Under the pieces are notes generated by a model, which saw only the letters and a list, made by a program, of their open reading frames with translations, was not told where the DNA came from and searched no databases. 64,000 nucleotides of DNA from an uncultured Flavobacteriales bacterium. Its GTDB lineage: Bacteria; Bacteroidota; Bacteroidia; Flavobacteriales_D; Crocinitomicaceae. Positions 37,411-47,628 of this stretch are shown here, one piece after another. How positions within the stretch are numbered: the stretch's first letter is position 1; each line of letters starts with the position of its first letter. The translations under genes were made by a program, and so were the position numbers. Location: positions 1,091-65,090 of the forward strand of contig CAJAVU010000059.1 in NCBI GenBank assembly GCA_903945495.1, read 5' to 3'.

Positions 37411-38055
37411 ATGAGAGAAGAAGATTTATTAGACAGCCAAGCAAAAGTTAAACCTGATTTCAAAGAATTTGATTTCCCGATTGATTTTAGATTCAAATTA
37501 GGTACAATTTCAAATGACTTTGTTGCTACAGATACCAATGGCAGAACCTTGGCGTATGTGCGTCAAAAAATGTTTAAACTGAAAGAAGCGATCATGGTGT
37601 ATGCTGAAGACAGTAAAACAAATTTGTTGTATAAAATTAGTGCTGACCGCATCATCGATTTTAATGCAAGTTATGAATTTACAGATGCAAATGGTTTTGT
37701 TTTGGGAAGCGTTGGTCGTAAAGGAATGCGTTCACTTTGGAAAGCACAATATGAAATTTTTGACACTGAAAAGAAACAAGAATACACGATTCGTGAAGAG
37801 AATCCATGGGCAAAAGTATTCGATGTTCTATTGAGCGAAGTTCCATTGTTAGGAATATTCACAGGATATTTATTCAATCCTAAATATGGAATTGTCAATC
37901 AAAATGGAGAAACTGTAGCTCGCCTTTCAAAAGAGGCATCGTTCTTTGGACGAAAATTTAAATTGGTAAAATTAGGTGAACTAAAGGATGGAGATTCAGA
38001 ACGCCTGTTATTAGCATTGATGATGATGATGCTTTTAGAGCGCAGAAGAGGATAA
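37411..38055 (+). CDS. LURP-one-related/scramblase-like (tubby C-terminal-like fold) protein
   Basis: Starts at ATG 37411 (MREEDLL). The pattern FRFKLGTISNDFVATDTNGRTLAYVRQKMFKLKEAIMVY resembles LOR/YxjI-type proteins. C-terminal hydrophobic tail. The family call is tentative. Confidence 0.55.
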   Translation: MREEDLLDSQAKVKPDFKEFDFPIDFRFKLGTISNDFVATDTNGRTLAYVRQKMFKLKEAIMVYAEDSKTNLLYKISADRIIDFNASYEFTDANGFVLGSVGRKGMRSLWKAQYEIFDTEKKQEYTIREENPWAKVFDVLLSEVPLLGIFTGYLFNPKYGIVNQNGETVARLSKEASFFGRKFKLVKLGELKDGDSERLLLALMMMMLLERRRG

Positions 38056-38062
38056 AAAAGAA

Positions 38063-38183
38063 GGTGGATTACAAAGCACTATTCAGCGTCGTTATTTTCG
38101 GAAATCGAAGTTGGTCATTTACGTATGTAAACTCTCAACATCTCTTCCTCAATGACTTGCTTAATATCACTTTGTTATCCACC
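38063..38183. repeat. 121-nt intergenic element bounded by ~21-nt imperfect terminal inverted repeats
   Basis: GGTGGATTACAAAGCACTATT (38063-38083) against AATATCACTTTGTTATCCACC (38163-38183). The outer 14 positions pair with one mismatch. No ORF inside. Confidence 0.5.
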
Positions 38184-38226
38184 TTTAAGTTTCTATCTAC
38201 GCGTTTAACTTTTTAGACAGCTTTTT

Positions 38227-41200
38227 TTATTTAATGACAATCTTTTTGTTCAGAATTTGTGTTTCGGTTTGAATATTCAACCAATACATTCCACTTGCTA
38301 AATTTGTAGGAAGTTTAAAGCTCTCATTTTCAAGTAAACCTTGTGAAAGCACTTTTCCATTGAAATCGATGAATTGAAGTTTGGCTCCATTTTCGATTCC
38401 TTGGATGTTTAACATTCCTCCAGAAACAATCGGATTAGGATAAACTGAAACTGATTTTTCCTGCTGAACAAGACCTAAATCACTTGTGATATTAATGTTG
38501 TCAACGTAAATGTTGTTCCCCCAATGTCCATGATTTCTATAAGCAACAATCACTTTGTTGAAATTGACAAATGGAGATAAATTTACCGTTTCAGTGCGCC
38601 ACTGCGTTGCTGTTGGAATGAAATAATTCGAACTATTTGGAGCTGTTCCTAATGTTCCACCTCCTTTTAAAAACACACTTGTAAATGTAGCGCCACAATC
38701 GGTAGAAACTAATACTTCTAAGGTGTCAGAATACTGACCTCCATATTCGGCATAGGCAACATCAAATGTCATCGAAATAGAAGACATGTCTAAGGTGTTA
38801 AATGGAATATTCATATCATCATCCGTACCTTGGGAGTTATAGTCAAAGTTGTTAAATAATGCACTTTGAGTTGAGGTACCATATCCACCAGCGTCATCAG
38901 TTGATTCCCATTGAGCATTATTATCATAATTCGTTTGGAACCAACCTGTCGGTAAGAATTCTGCCTCAAAATTTTCATCGATGAATTGCGGTGTTGCCAA
39001 ATTATTTACGTTAACATACAATGAATCTTGGTCTGTATTTCCATTTTGATCCGTAATCGTTAATACTGCTAAATGACTTCCCGTATTATCAAAATACACA
39101 CTCGGATTTCTATCATTTGACGTAGATGGTGAACCAGTTGGAAAACTCCATTCCCATGTTGCACCTTGATGATTTAAAAATGAATGATCTTCGTAGTAGA
39201 ATGAATCCGTTTCGCAAAAAACCGTTTGTGCTAATTTATCCACCATTATTCTGCAAATTGGTGCGGTAGGCTGATCATGCAATGGTGTTTCCCATATCCC
39301 TTTTCCGTATGATGCCATTCTTAACTTTCCATCACGATAAAAAGGTCGTAAAATATTCGTACTTGAAAATGTTGGCAAACCTGAATTGTCAATTGCCCAA
39401 GTACTTGTATTGTTTTGATAATAAACAGCTTTATCTGTTCCAGCGTATAAACCACCATCTGTTCCAGCAACATAAACCAATGAGTGAATTGTTTCACCAT
39501 TTAATGCAGGTGTTGTAATATTTGTCCACGAACTTCCTCCGTTCATTGTATGAAACACTTTGCTGCCGTTTGCGCCACTCGGATAAGCCATCCACAATTC
39601 GTTTTCGTTTTCAGGATTAATCGCTAACAAGGCACGTCGACTATTTCCAGCCGGAAGTGTGACCGGATCCCACAAAAATCCTCCATTCGTTGTTTTCCAC
39701 AAATAACCTAAACTTCCAGAAGAAGGACGTTGGTGGACATACATAACATCTGGATTTGACGAAGAGATTTCTAGTTGATTCACAAAAACATTTGCTGATG
39801 TTCCAAATGTATTAACCAGTGAATATGAGCCACCGCCATCTGTTGTTTTCCATAATTTATGGTCTTTTCCGATGAATGCAATAGAATAACAATTTGGATG
39901 AAATTCCATTTCACTTGATTCAGCGGCCCAATAGCTTTCGTTTGGACTCATGCCGTTAGAGAAATTTAAAATTGGATCATTCAGATTCAATGGCAAGTAT
40001 TTTCCTCCTATATCCGAGAAGTACGTTTTACGATTATTACCTGGATTAACATATCCAGTTGGAGCTTCACCACCACCAAGTTCTAAAAATGTTCCATTGC
40101 CATAATTCTCATAATATGCTAAGTTTCCGTTGTGGTACAAACCTCCAACTAATACATCTTCATTCCATCCACTTCCGAATCCCCAGAAATCTGAACCGTT
40201 TACACCATCCATCATGAATGTTGGGTCCGTATTGAAAAAATCACTTGAATGATAAACACCACCATCGGTTGTAATCCATGTCTCTCCATTGATTTGTCTG
40301 AAATCTTGCATGTCAACGTGCATATCGATAGGCCCACCAACATATCCTGCTACACTTTCAAAAGTTGCAGCGCCATCCGTTGAACGATATAAATTCAATC
40401 CTCCAACTAAAATCTCATCTGCATTGGTTGGAGAAGCAACGATTGCACAATTGTAAAATCCTTGATGATAAGTCCAACCTGGATTTCCGTATGCAAGATT
40501 TAAGTGAGATGTTGTATATGGTCCACCATCTGGGCCATTTGGTAATGTCCAACTTGATCCACCATCTGTACTTTTATAAACTCCAATAAATCCGTAATCA
40601 TTCGCTTTTGCTTCTCCAATTAAATAGGAATAAACACGATTTGGATCAGCTGGAGTTACAGCGATTCGTCCACCTCCAACTGTTCTCGCTGCATCGGTAG
40701 AAGAATACCAACCAGTTGATTGAATTGTCCAAGTAGCACCAGAATCCGTTGATTTATAGAATTCACAAATGATCAAAGAAGGATTGTTTTTTAATAAATA
40801 CAATGTAGCTCCGTTTGCTGTATTTTCTTTAATGTCGTAGCTTGCTTGTGTGTAAAGACTAACCCAAGAAGTTCCGCCATTTGTTGAACGATACAAACCT
40901 TTATCTGTTGCAGCCAAAACAATTTGCGTGTTTGCTGAATTGATGAGAATTTCGTTGACATTTAAATTGCTTTCTGGCATGACGTTCACCCAAGTTGAAC
41001 CACCATCAACACTTCGAAAAATCCCCGAATTTCCTCCGGCAAAAACGATTGAAGCATTACTCGGATGCACTTCCACAGCTGTAACACCACTTCCAAAATT
41101 TTCACCCATCGAAGTACAATTCCAGTTTTGTCCTCCATCAGTACTTTTGTAAACTTCGCCTGGTTCTGTTCCTAAATACAATACAGTTGGTTGCCCGGCA

Positions 41201-41628
41201 CATTGATCTATCGAATAAATATTCGCTTGACCTGAACCTAAACTGCCATTTCCTTGGGTATTGTGAATCGGTCCGACTAAAGACCAATTCGAATTTTTTG
41301 CTTGACTTTGTTTTGCTAAATAAGCCTGTTTCATGGCCTCAAGTTCTTGAGCAGAATAAACAGTGACATATCCTAAATCATTTACCTGATCCATTGTTGT
41401 TCTTCGCCAACGTTTGTAATATTGAGTATAAAACGATTTCGTGTAAACGTGATTTTTGTAAAAAGCACGATACAAACTATCAACTTCGAAAACATTTGGC
41501 TGATTCTCAAACATTTTCTGAATCCATTCGGGCTGTTGAGCCAAATCTTGTTGTGACGGTTTGTACGTCGATTGCCCAAAAGTGAAAGAGTAACAAAGCA
41601 CAAATAGCGCTATAATTGATTGTTTCAT
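38227..41628 (-). CDS. large secreted BNR/Asp-box (sortilin/VPS10-like) repeat protein with PKD, choice-of-anchor-J-like and T9SS C-terminal sorting domains
   Basis: Signal peptide. At least 8 Asp-boxes (STDGGQNW, SVDGGSTW, STNGGTSW, STDSGATW, STDGGSSW, TTDGGGSY, TTNGGFLW, TMNGGSSW). PKD-like segment (LAVLTITDQNGNTDQDSLYVNV). C-terminal VSVYPNPIVSGGMLNIQ...YWLNIQTE...KKIVIK is a T9SS CTD. Confidence 0.88.
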   Translation of the reverse strand: MKQSIIALFVLCYSFTFGQSTYKPSQQDLAQQPEWIQKMFENQPNVFEVDSLYRAFYKNHVYTKSFYTQYYKRWRRTTMDQVNDLGYVTVYSAQELEAMKQAYLAKQSQAKNSNWSLVGPIHNTQGNGSLGSGQANIYSIDQCAGQPTVLYLGTEPGEVYKSTDGGQNWNCTSMGENFGSGVTAVEVHPSNASIVFAGGNSGIFRSVDGGSTWVNVMPESNLNVNEILINSANTQIVLAATDKGLYRSTNGGTSWVSLYTQASYDIKENTANGATLYLLKNNPSLIICEFYKSTDSGATWTIQSTGWYSSTDAARTVGGGRIAVTPADPNRVYSYLIGEAKANDYGFIGVYKSTDGGSSWTLPNGPDGGPYTTSHLNLAYGNPGWTYHQGFYNCAIVASPTNADEILVGGLNLYRSTDGAATFESVAGYVGGPIDMHVDMQDFRQINGETWITTDGGVYHSSDFFNTDPTFMMDGVNGSDFWGFGSGWNEDVLVGGLYHNGNLAYYENYGNGTFLELGGGEAPTGYVNPGNNRKTYFSDIGGKYLPLNLNDPILNFSNGMSPNESYWAAESSEMEFHPNCYSIAFIGKDHKLWKTTDGGGSYSLVNTFGTSANVFVNQLEISSSNPDVMYVHQRPSSGSLGYLWKTTNGGFLWDPVTLPAGNSRRALLAINPENENELWMAYPSGANGSKVFHTMNGGSSWTNITTPALNGETIHSLVYVAGTDGGLYAGTDKAVYYQNNTSTWAIDNSGLPTFSSTNILRPFYRDGKLRMASYGKGIWETPLHDQPTAPICRIMVDKLAQTVFCETDSFYYEDHSFLNHQGATWEWSFPTGSPSTSNDRNPSVYFDNTGSHLAVLTITDQNGNTDQDSLYVNVNNLATPQFIDENFEAEFLPTGWFQTNYDNNAQWESTDDAGGYGTSTQSALFNNFDYNSQGTDDDMNIPFNTLDMSSISMTFDVAYAEYGGQYSDTLEVLVSTDCGATFTSVFLKGGGTLGTAPNSSNYFIPTATQWRTETVNLSPFVNFNKVIVAYRNHGHWGNNIYVDNINITSDLGLVQQEKSVSVYPNPIVSGGMLNIQGIENGAKLQFIDFNGKVLSQGLLENESFKLPTNLASGMYWLNIQTETQILNKKIVIK

Positions 41629-41741
41629 TTAGATTATTTTGCACTAAAATAGTGACAGAAAGTTCGAAATTCAATTCAAAATTGGAATATTCTTGGTAGG
41701 CTAATTGGTATACGCTAATTTTAGAGAATCAAATTCTAATA

Positions 41742-43319
41742 ATGGTTAAACGTATACTTCCTATTTTGATTGTTGTTTTAACGACAAGCGCATTTTCTCA
41801 AAATACATCAATTGATGTTTTACATTATGCACTTAAAATGCATGTGTATGATTCAACCAATAGAATTTCGGTAGAAGAGCAAATTGATTTTAATTGGTTA
41901 GATACCTTGCAATCACCTATGTTTGATTTGGAATCTTTGAATTCAAGGAGGAAAGGAATGGTTGTTTCTGCCGTAACAGATCATTCTTCAAGAGTTTCTT
42001 TTTTACAAGAGGGTGAACAGCTTAAAATTGTTGGACTCAAAGCTGTCGGAAGGAAGAAGATGTCACTTGTTGTGCAGTATGAAGGAATTCCTTCAGATGG
42101 ATTAGTGATTAGTGCTAATAAGTATGGAGATCGAACATTCTTTGGCGATAATTGGCCCAATCGGGCACATTTGTGGTTTGCATGTAATGATCATCCTGCT
42201 GATAAAGCAACAATTGCTTATGAAGTTACTGCTCCAAAAAACTATGAAGTGATAGCTAATGGGGCATTTATTTCACGAAATGAAATTTCTGATACGGAAG
42301 CCAGAACGACTTATGAATCTTCAGTCGTATTGCCAACAAAAGTGATGGTAGTGGGAATTGCAAATTTTGAAATTAAGATTGTACCGAATAATGATTCATC
42401 TATAGAAATCAGTTCATGGGTTTATCCGCAAAACCGTGATAAAAGCTTTTATGACTTGGAGCTGGCAAAAGATATCTTTAATTATTATGTTTCTTGGATT
42501 GCACCGTATGAATATGAAAAACTAGCCAATGTGCAGTCAACAACGCGTTTCGGTGGTATGGAAAATGCTGGCTGTATTTTTTATGATGAGAATGCGTTCA
42601 ATGGGAAACGTACAAGTGAAGCATTAATCGCACATGAAATCGCACATCAGTGGTTTGGTAATTCTGCATCAGAAGCTGATTGGCAGCACATTTGGTTGAG
42701 TGAAGGCTTTGCGACGTATTTTACGGACATATTTTTGGAACATAAATATGGTTCAGAAAGATCGCAAAAACAATTGGCGAAAGAACGTTCTGAAGTAATT
42801 GAATTTTATCGAAATTATCCGCATCCAATTGTCGATACGAATTACACAGAATTGATGGATTTATTGAACGAAAATTCCTATCAAAAAGGCGCTTGGATTT
42901 TACACATGTTGCGTCAAAAAATAGGGGATGAGCTCTTTCAAAAGTCAATCGTCAGCTACTATGAAAAATATCGCTTGTCGAATGCTAGTACATCTGATTT
43001 TATGGAAGTAGTTGAAGAAATATCTCAACAAGAGTTAGATCCGTTTTTTGATCAATGGTTGTTTCAAAGTGGACATCCACAGTTGAAAGTTTCAAAAAAA
43101 ATAAAAGGAAAAAATTGTAAATTGAAAATTGACCAAGTTCAGCTTGAGACATTTAAGGATATTCCATTAAAAATCGAGATGGTTTTAGCGGATGGAACAA
43201 AAAGGTATGAAGAATTGATTTTGAACGATAAATCGCATGATTTCACATTCAAATGCAGTAAAAAAATTGTTCAAATAAATTTGGATCCGTTTGTTCAATT
43301 GCTTTTTGAGTTGAAATAA
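41742..43319 (+). CDS. M1-family zinc aminopeptidase
   Basis: GGMENAG exopeptidase motif and HEIAHQWFGN-x18-E zinc site (WLSEGFATY). Signal peptide present. Confidence 0.92.
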   Translation: MVKRILPILIVVLTTSAFSQNTSIDVLHYALKMHVYDSTNRISVEEQIDFNWLDTLQSPMFDLESLNSRRKGMVVSAVTDHSSRVSFLQEGEQLKIVGLKAVGRKKMSLVVQYEGIPSDGLVISANKYGDRTFFGDNWPNRAHLWFACNDHPADKATIAYEVTAPKNYEVIANGAFISRNEISDTEARTTYESSVVLPTKVMVVGIANFEIKIVPNNDSSIEISSWVYPQNRDKSFYDLELAKDIFNYYVSWIAPYEYEKLANVQSTTRFGGMENAGCIFYDENAFNGKRTSEALIAHEIAHQWFGNSASEADWQHIWLSEGFATYFTDIFLEHKYGSERSQKQLAKERSEVIEFYRNYPHPIVDTNYTELMDLLNENSYQKGAWILHMLRQKIGDELFQKSIVSYYEKYRLSNASTSDFMEVVEEISQQELDPFFDQWLFQSGHPQLKVSKKIKGKNCKLKIDQVQLETFKDIPLKIEMVLADGTKRYEELILNDKSHDFTFKCSKKIVQINLDPFVQLLFELK

Positions 43320-43448
43320 AATCAAAACAACAATTTATAAGGATGTTCCTGAATTGGGTGAATCTACAATTAGTTTAACATCTATTTGATCAGTATGTCT
43401 TTCCATTAGATCATAACCTGCGCCATTGGTTGCATAGTTTTTTGGAAG

Positions 43449-43655
43449 TCAAGTCCCATTGTCATGAATGATTAATTCGCAATCATCATTTGGGTTTTTC
43501 TGAAGTTGGCCTCTTGAAAATTCATCATTGATTAACCAAGTATTTACCCGATTAATTTTCAAAAAGTGAGAAGTACTGTAAACAATTTCTTCTGCCTTCG
43601 CGTCACTATTACCTTCATAAATGAATACTTTTAGACAAGCTTTCGATGACTTCAA
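43449..43655 (-). CDS. doubtful small ORF / possible gene remnant
   Basis: 68-aa ORF with a TTG start only. The same frame continues for 39 more codons beyond an in-frame TGA. No domain recognised. Confidence 0.25.
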   Translation of the reverse strand: MKSSKACLKVFIYEGNSDAKAEEIVYSTSHFLKINRVNTWLINDEFSRGQLQKNPNDDCELIIHDNGT

Positions 43656-43797
43656 GGAAAATAGATGAGCGGTTAAGTGACATTTTTCAATAATTGATAG
43701 GAATGATACAAAGAATGAACGACAAGGAATCAGAACTACAAGTTGAACAAGACAATTCAGTGAAGATAATGACTTTTAGTGTGAATTGAGTAAAACA

Positions 43798-44598
43798 CTA
43801 GTCGATTTTTGAAAATACAACATCTACTCGACGATTTAATTGGCGAGTTTCTTCATCAACCTCCTCAGCACGAGGCATCGTATTACTAAATCCTGCATAT
43901 TTTAAACGAGTTGGAGAAATTCCTTGTTGAACGAGCATTGTATAAACAGAATAGGCGCGTGATGCTGATAAAAATGGATCATTTGCACAACAAACATGAC
44001 CGCGAATAAAAGCAAAAGCATTTTGATTGGCACTGAGAAAATCGTACAACCTCCAAATTTCATTTTCTGATCCAGTTAGAAGAACATCTTGACCCGGAAC
44101 AAATTGAATATCTAAAACAATTGCATCTGAAGTATTTGAAACTAAACTATCAAGATTTACTTTTTCGAATTTATTGGTCGCCGGAATTTCTTCTTCAACA
44201 ACACTTATCGCTTGCGCATAAATATAGGTCACATCTACGCGACGCCATTTTCGATAGTTGTTAACATTTTTGTTCAATGGGTATTCTTCACCAAAAGAAT
44301 TTTTGGAATTAACAATTTCACCATTTGTTGTACAATAATTATAAACGCTTTGAAGGCGATTATTCGCTAAAATACGATTCATCTCTGAACTTCCAGTTGT
44401 GTCACAATATGCCGAAATGTTCGTAATAAATAGATCTCCTTCTGAAGAAATACGAAACAATGAATCCAAGGATTTTTTGCTTTGTTTGGTCAATTCATAA
44501 TCGCCCAAGTGAAAATAAAGATGCAGCGTTTTTGATGTTTCTTGTGCCAAACTGTTCAATCCAACAACTAGAAGGCAAGTGAGAATTAACTTTTTCAT
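43798..44598 (-). CDS. OmpA-family protein (two OmpA-like modules)
   Basis: Start at ATG 44598 (MKKLILTCLL). WRRVDV mid-protein and NRRVDVVF at the C-terminus. Paralog of the upstream gene. Confidence 0.8.
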   Translation of the reverse strand: MKKLILTCLLVVGLNSLAQETSKTLHLYFHLGDYELTKQSKKSLDSLFRISSEGDLFITNISAYCDTTGSSEMNRILANNRLQSVYNYCTTNGEIVNSKNSFGEEYPLNKNVNNYRKWRRVDVTYIYAQAISVVEEEIPATNKFEKVNLDSLVSNTSDAIVLDIQFVPGQDVLLTGSENEIWRLYDFLSANQNAFAFIRGHVCCANDPFLSASRAYSVYTMLVQQGISPTRLKYAGFSNTMPRAEEVDEETRQLNRRVDVVFSKID

Positions 44599-44628
44599 AA
44601 AATGAATAACCACGTTAAGGTAAAATTG

Positions 44629-45450
44629 TTACATTCCCTGAAATTTGACATCAACACGTCGGTTGCGTTGACGGTCACTATCGTTTAGCTCTGGCGTAAC
44701 CAACGGTTCTTTATTTGACATACCGATATAATCAAGTCGTGACTTCGACACCCCTAGTTTTATCAATTCTTGATAAACAGTTTTTGCACGTTTTTTTGAC
44801 ATTCGCATGTTTTTACCACAACACACATGTCCACGAATTAATATACTTGCATTCGTATTACGTTTCAGGAAATCAGCTAGATTTCGAATTTCTTTCAAAC
44901 TTTTTTCATCCAAATCTGTAGTTCCTTCAAAAAACTCAACATTTAAAATATAGGGTGTTGCATTGTCAAGTGACGTTAAAATTTCTTGATGATTCGTATC
45001 TAGAACTTGTGGTTTAATTTCGGACAGGTTTAATTCTGTCGTATCAATTTCCTGTATTTCAATTACCACTGGTGTTAGTTGTTGATAATAAACATCAACA
45101 CGTCTCCAATTTAAAAATGATTGTGCATCATACATACGACTTAATCCGTGTGCAACTTTTGGAATTGAACTGTTATTTTCTATGCCTAAGTTGCTAGAAA
45201 CGTATTCCAACCTTTTTTTTGCTAAAGAATCATTGTAACGAGAAGATCCGACTGAATCGGTGTAAGCATATACCTTTTCAATTATGATTTCATTTCGATC
45301 TACTTTTTCTTTAAAAAGGGCTAGTTGATTTTGGGAGTATAGCGTTGGGACACTTTGACTTCTTTCAAAGTAAAATGATTTAATATTTGTTTGAGCATTA
45401 CTCAAAAAACAAATAAAGAGTGTTAAAATATATAGTAGAATATGTTTCAC
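44629..45450 (-). CDS. OmpA-family protein (two OmpA-like modules)
   Basis: GTG start, forced by an in-frame stop just upstream. WRRVDVYY mid-protein and RNRRVDVKF at the C-terminus. Shares the IRGHVCC motif with its neighbour. Confidence 0.8.
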   Translation of the reverse strand: MKHILLYILTLFICFLSNAQTNIKSFYFERSQSVPTLYSQNQLALFKEKVDRNEIIIEKVYAYTDSVGSSRYNDSLAKKRLEYVSSNLGIENNSSIPKVAHGLSRMYDAQSFLNWRRVDVYYQQLTPVVIEIQEIDTTELNLSEIKPQVLDTNHQEILTSLDNATPYILNVEFFEGTTDLDEKSLKEIRNLADFLKRNTNASILIRGHVCCGKNMRMSKKRAKTVYQELIKLGVSKSRLDYIGMSNKEPLVTPELNDSDRQRNRRVDVKFQGM

Positions 45451-45483
45451 GTTATTTTATACGGCTAACTAAAATCTTGGTTA

Positions 45484-45513
45484 CAAAAAAAGGTGCTTAA
45501 AAAATAAGCACCT
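45484..45513 (-). terminator. rho-independent terminator after the M16 peptidase pair
   Basis: AGGTGCTTA-loop-TAAGCACCT perfect stem followed by T7 on the minus strand. Confidence 0.7.
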
Positions 45514-45538
45514 TTCTGTCAATTTATTAGATTGTCAA

Positions 45539-47620
45539 TTATTTAAAAGTTGACAAATCAGCTTTACCGTTTACGGCAATTGAAGTTGTTTTTCCTGTGA
45601 AAGTTGCCTCACCAACTGATAATGTCATTGAATGAGGGAATAACAATCCATTTACCTCTTTGAAATCTCCATAAGTTGCTGTTGTTTCAACAGTTTCTTC
45701 TCCGTTCTTTTGGATAGAAATTGATTTCATTTTCATAAAGGTTTTTGTATTGAAATAGTCAAACGTTTCTGTTTCACCATCATTCAATTTAAGAACATAC
45801 ATATCAACACCATCTACGTTTTCGATTCCGATAAGTTCATATGTCATTCCTGTAGACGAATAGTTCATTTCAGGGAATAAACCAACTGATTTTTTCTTTG
45901 CAGCAATTTCTTCAGCTGTAAGTTCAGTTCTACCAGTTTGCATGTTTACTGAATAACCAGCTGTTCCATCAAAGTATGATTTCTGTAAAACCATTCCTTG
46001 TCCTTCCAATTTTTGTCCTTCTGTAGAAGGTGAAACCCATACTTTAGAATTTTTTAATGGGAAAGGAATTTGAGACATTGAAAGTTCTGTTTCTTCAACA
46101 ACGGATTTAACTTTTTTCAATTTCTTCGATGCTGCTTTAAGTGAAGTTGTTTTCGTAACTGCGAAAATGTAGTTATCAATCAATACTTCTTTTTTAATAT
46201 CAGCTGCTTTCATTTCCTTAACTTCGTTTCCAAAAGCATCAAGGAATTCAATTTTACCATCAGCATCGAATTGTTTCAAGCGATCAATAATCTCTTCATT
46301 ACCAATTACAACAATGTTGCAATTTTTTGCTGTAAAGAATTTTTGGGCCATTGTTAAAACATCATCCTTAGAAATTGCTTCCAATCGTTTCAAATAACTT
46401 TGATAGTAATCTTTGTTTAAGTTATTCTTGATAATGTTCAATGCAAAACGAGCAATTGTTTGTGGATTTTCTAATGAACGTGAGAAGCCACCCGCCATTG
46501 AAGATTTTGTTAAATTCAATTCATCATCAGTAACATAACCGTTTGTGATTCTATCCAATTCAAATAAAATTTGAGTAATAGCTGAGTCACTTACATCGTT
46601 TCTGAAATTTCCACCAATTGATAACCAAGAACCATCTTCTGTAACATTCAATGAAGAATAACATCCGTATGTGTATGCTTTGTCTTCACGTAAGTTTTGC
46701 ATCAAACGAGTACCAAATCCACCACCACCAAAAACACCGTTTAAAACAGTTAATGGTAATTGATTTTGATCTCCAGTACGAATATCCAATGGAAAAGAAA
46801 CTTGGATTACTGATTGAACAGCTCCTGGTTTTTTAACAAAAATCACACGGTTTCCTTTGTTGAAATTACCTTTCCCAAGTTCTTGAGTGTAAGGTGCAAC
46901 TCCAGATGTTTTAGCAAAATACTTATTTACTAAACTAGTAGCTTGATCTTTCGTAATGTCTCCTACAATAACTAAGTAACTTCCTTTCGTTGTGAAAATA
47001 GCTTTATAGTAGTTTAAAATATCATCACGTGTGATGTTTTTCAAACTTTCTTCAGTCATCACATCTCCATACGGATGATTTGTGAAGTTTACTTTGCGCT
47101 CAACATTATCAGCCATCGTTCCTGGGTCCGATTTTGCCGACATTAAGTTGGATTCATTTTGTTTTTTAACACGATCGAATTCACTTTCAGGGAAATTCGC
47201 GTTGTAGAAAACATCTGACATTAATTCCAAACCTTTGTCCATGTGTTTTGTCAAACAAGACAAGTACAAATTTGATTCAGAAGCCTCTAATGTAGCACCA
47301 ATGTAATCTTTCTCACCGTCCAATTTATCTTTCGATCTTGAAGATGTTCCAGATAAAACCAATGAACCTGCTAATTCAGATAAGCCAGCTTTATTGCCTT
47401 CCGTAATCGGATCAGAACCCATAACGAAGTTGAAGGCAACTTTTGGTAATTTGTGATTTTCAGAAAGAATAACTGTGATACCATTTGCAGTTGTAAAAAC
47501 TTCTGAATCTTTAATATTAATAGTTGGTGCTTTTGCTGCAGCAGGACGTACTGAACGATCCAATTGACCGAAAAGAACTGCGGGAACTAAAAGCCCTGTT
47601 AAAATAAATAACTTTTTCAT
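45539..47620 (-). CDS. M16-family peptidase, non-catalytic-type subunit with C-terminal extension
   Basis: M16 fold-like sequence without an HxxEH motif. About 200 extra C-terminal residues. Start at ATG 47620 (MKKLFILTG), 9 nt after the upstream stop. Confidence 0.85.
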   Translation of the reverse strand: MKKLFILTGLLVPAVLFGQLDRSVRPAAAKAPTINIKDSEVFTTANGITVILSENHKLPKVAFNFVMGSDPITEGNKAGLSELAGSLVLSGTSSRSKDKLDGEKDYIGATLEASESNLYLSCLTKHMDKGLELMSDVFYNANFPESEFDRVKKQNESNLMSAKSDPGTMADNVERKVNFTNHPYGDVMTEESLKNITRDDILNYYKAIFTTKGSYLVIVGDITKDQATSLVNKYFAKTSGVAPYTQELGKGNFNKGNRVIFVKKPGAVQSVIQVSFPLDIRTGDQNQLPLTVLNGVFGGGGFGTRLMQNLREDKAYTYGCYSSLNVTEDGSWLSIGGNFRNDVSDSAITQILFELDRITNGYVTDDELNLTKSSMAGGFSRSLENPQTIARFALNIIKNNLNKDYYQSYLKRLEAISKDDVLTMAQKFFTAKNCNIVVIGNEEIIDRLKQFDADGKIEFLDAFGNEVKEMKAADIKKEVLIDNYIFAVTKTTSLKAASKKLKKVKSVVEETELSMSQIPFPLKNSKVWVSPSTEGQKLEGQGMVLQKSYFDGTAGYSVNMQTGRTELTAEEIAAKKKSVGLFPEMNYSSTGMTYELIGIENVDGVDMYVLKLNDGETETFDYFNTKTFMKMKSISIQKNGEETVETTATYGDFKEVNGLLFPHSMTLSVGEATFTGKTTSIAVNGKADLSTFK

Positions 47621-47628
47621 CGTCAATA

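Noticed and set aside
38063-38183. Insertion sequence or transposon.
   Set aside because: There is no transposase ORF, and I could see no target-site duplication. Only terminal inverted repeats are present, so it is recorded as a repeat of unknown nature.
43449-43451. In-frame TGA as a selenocysteine or other recoding site.
   Set aside because: There is no SECIS-like hairpin immediately downstream, no redox motif around the codon, and the ORF itself is doubtful. Gene decay is the simpler explanation.
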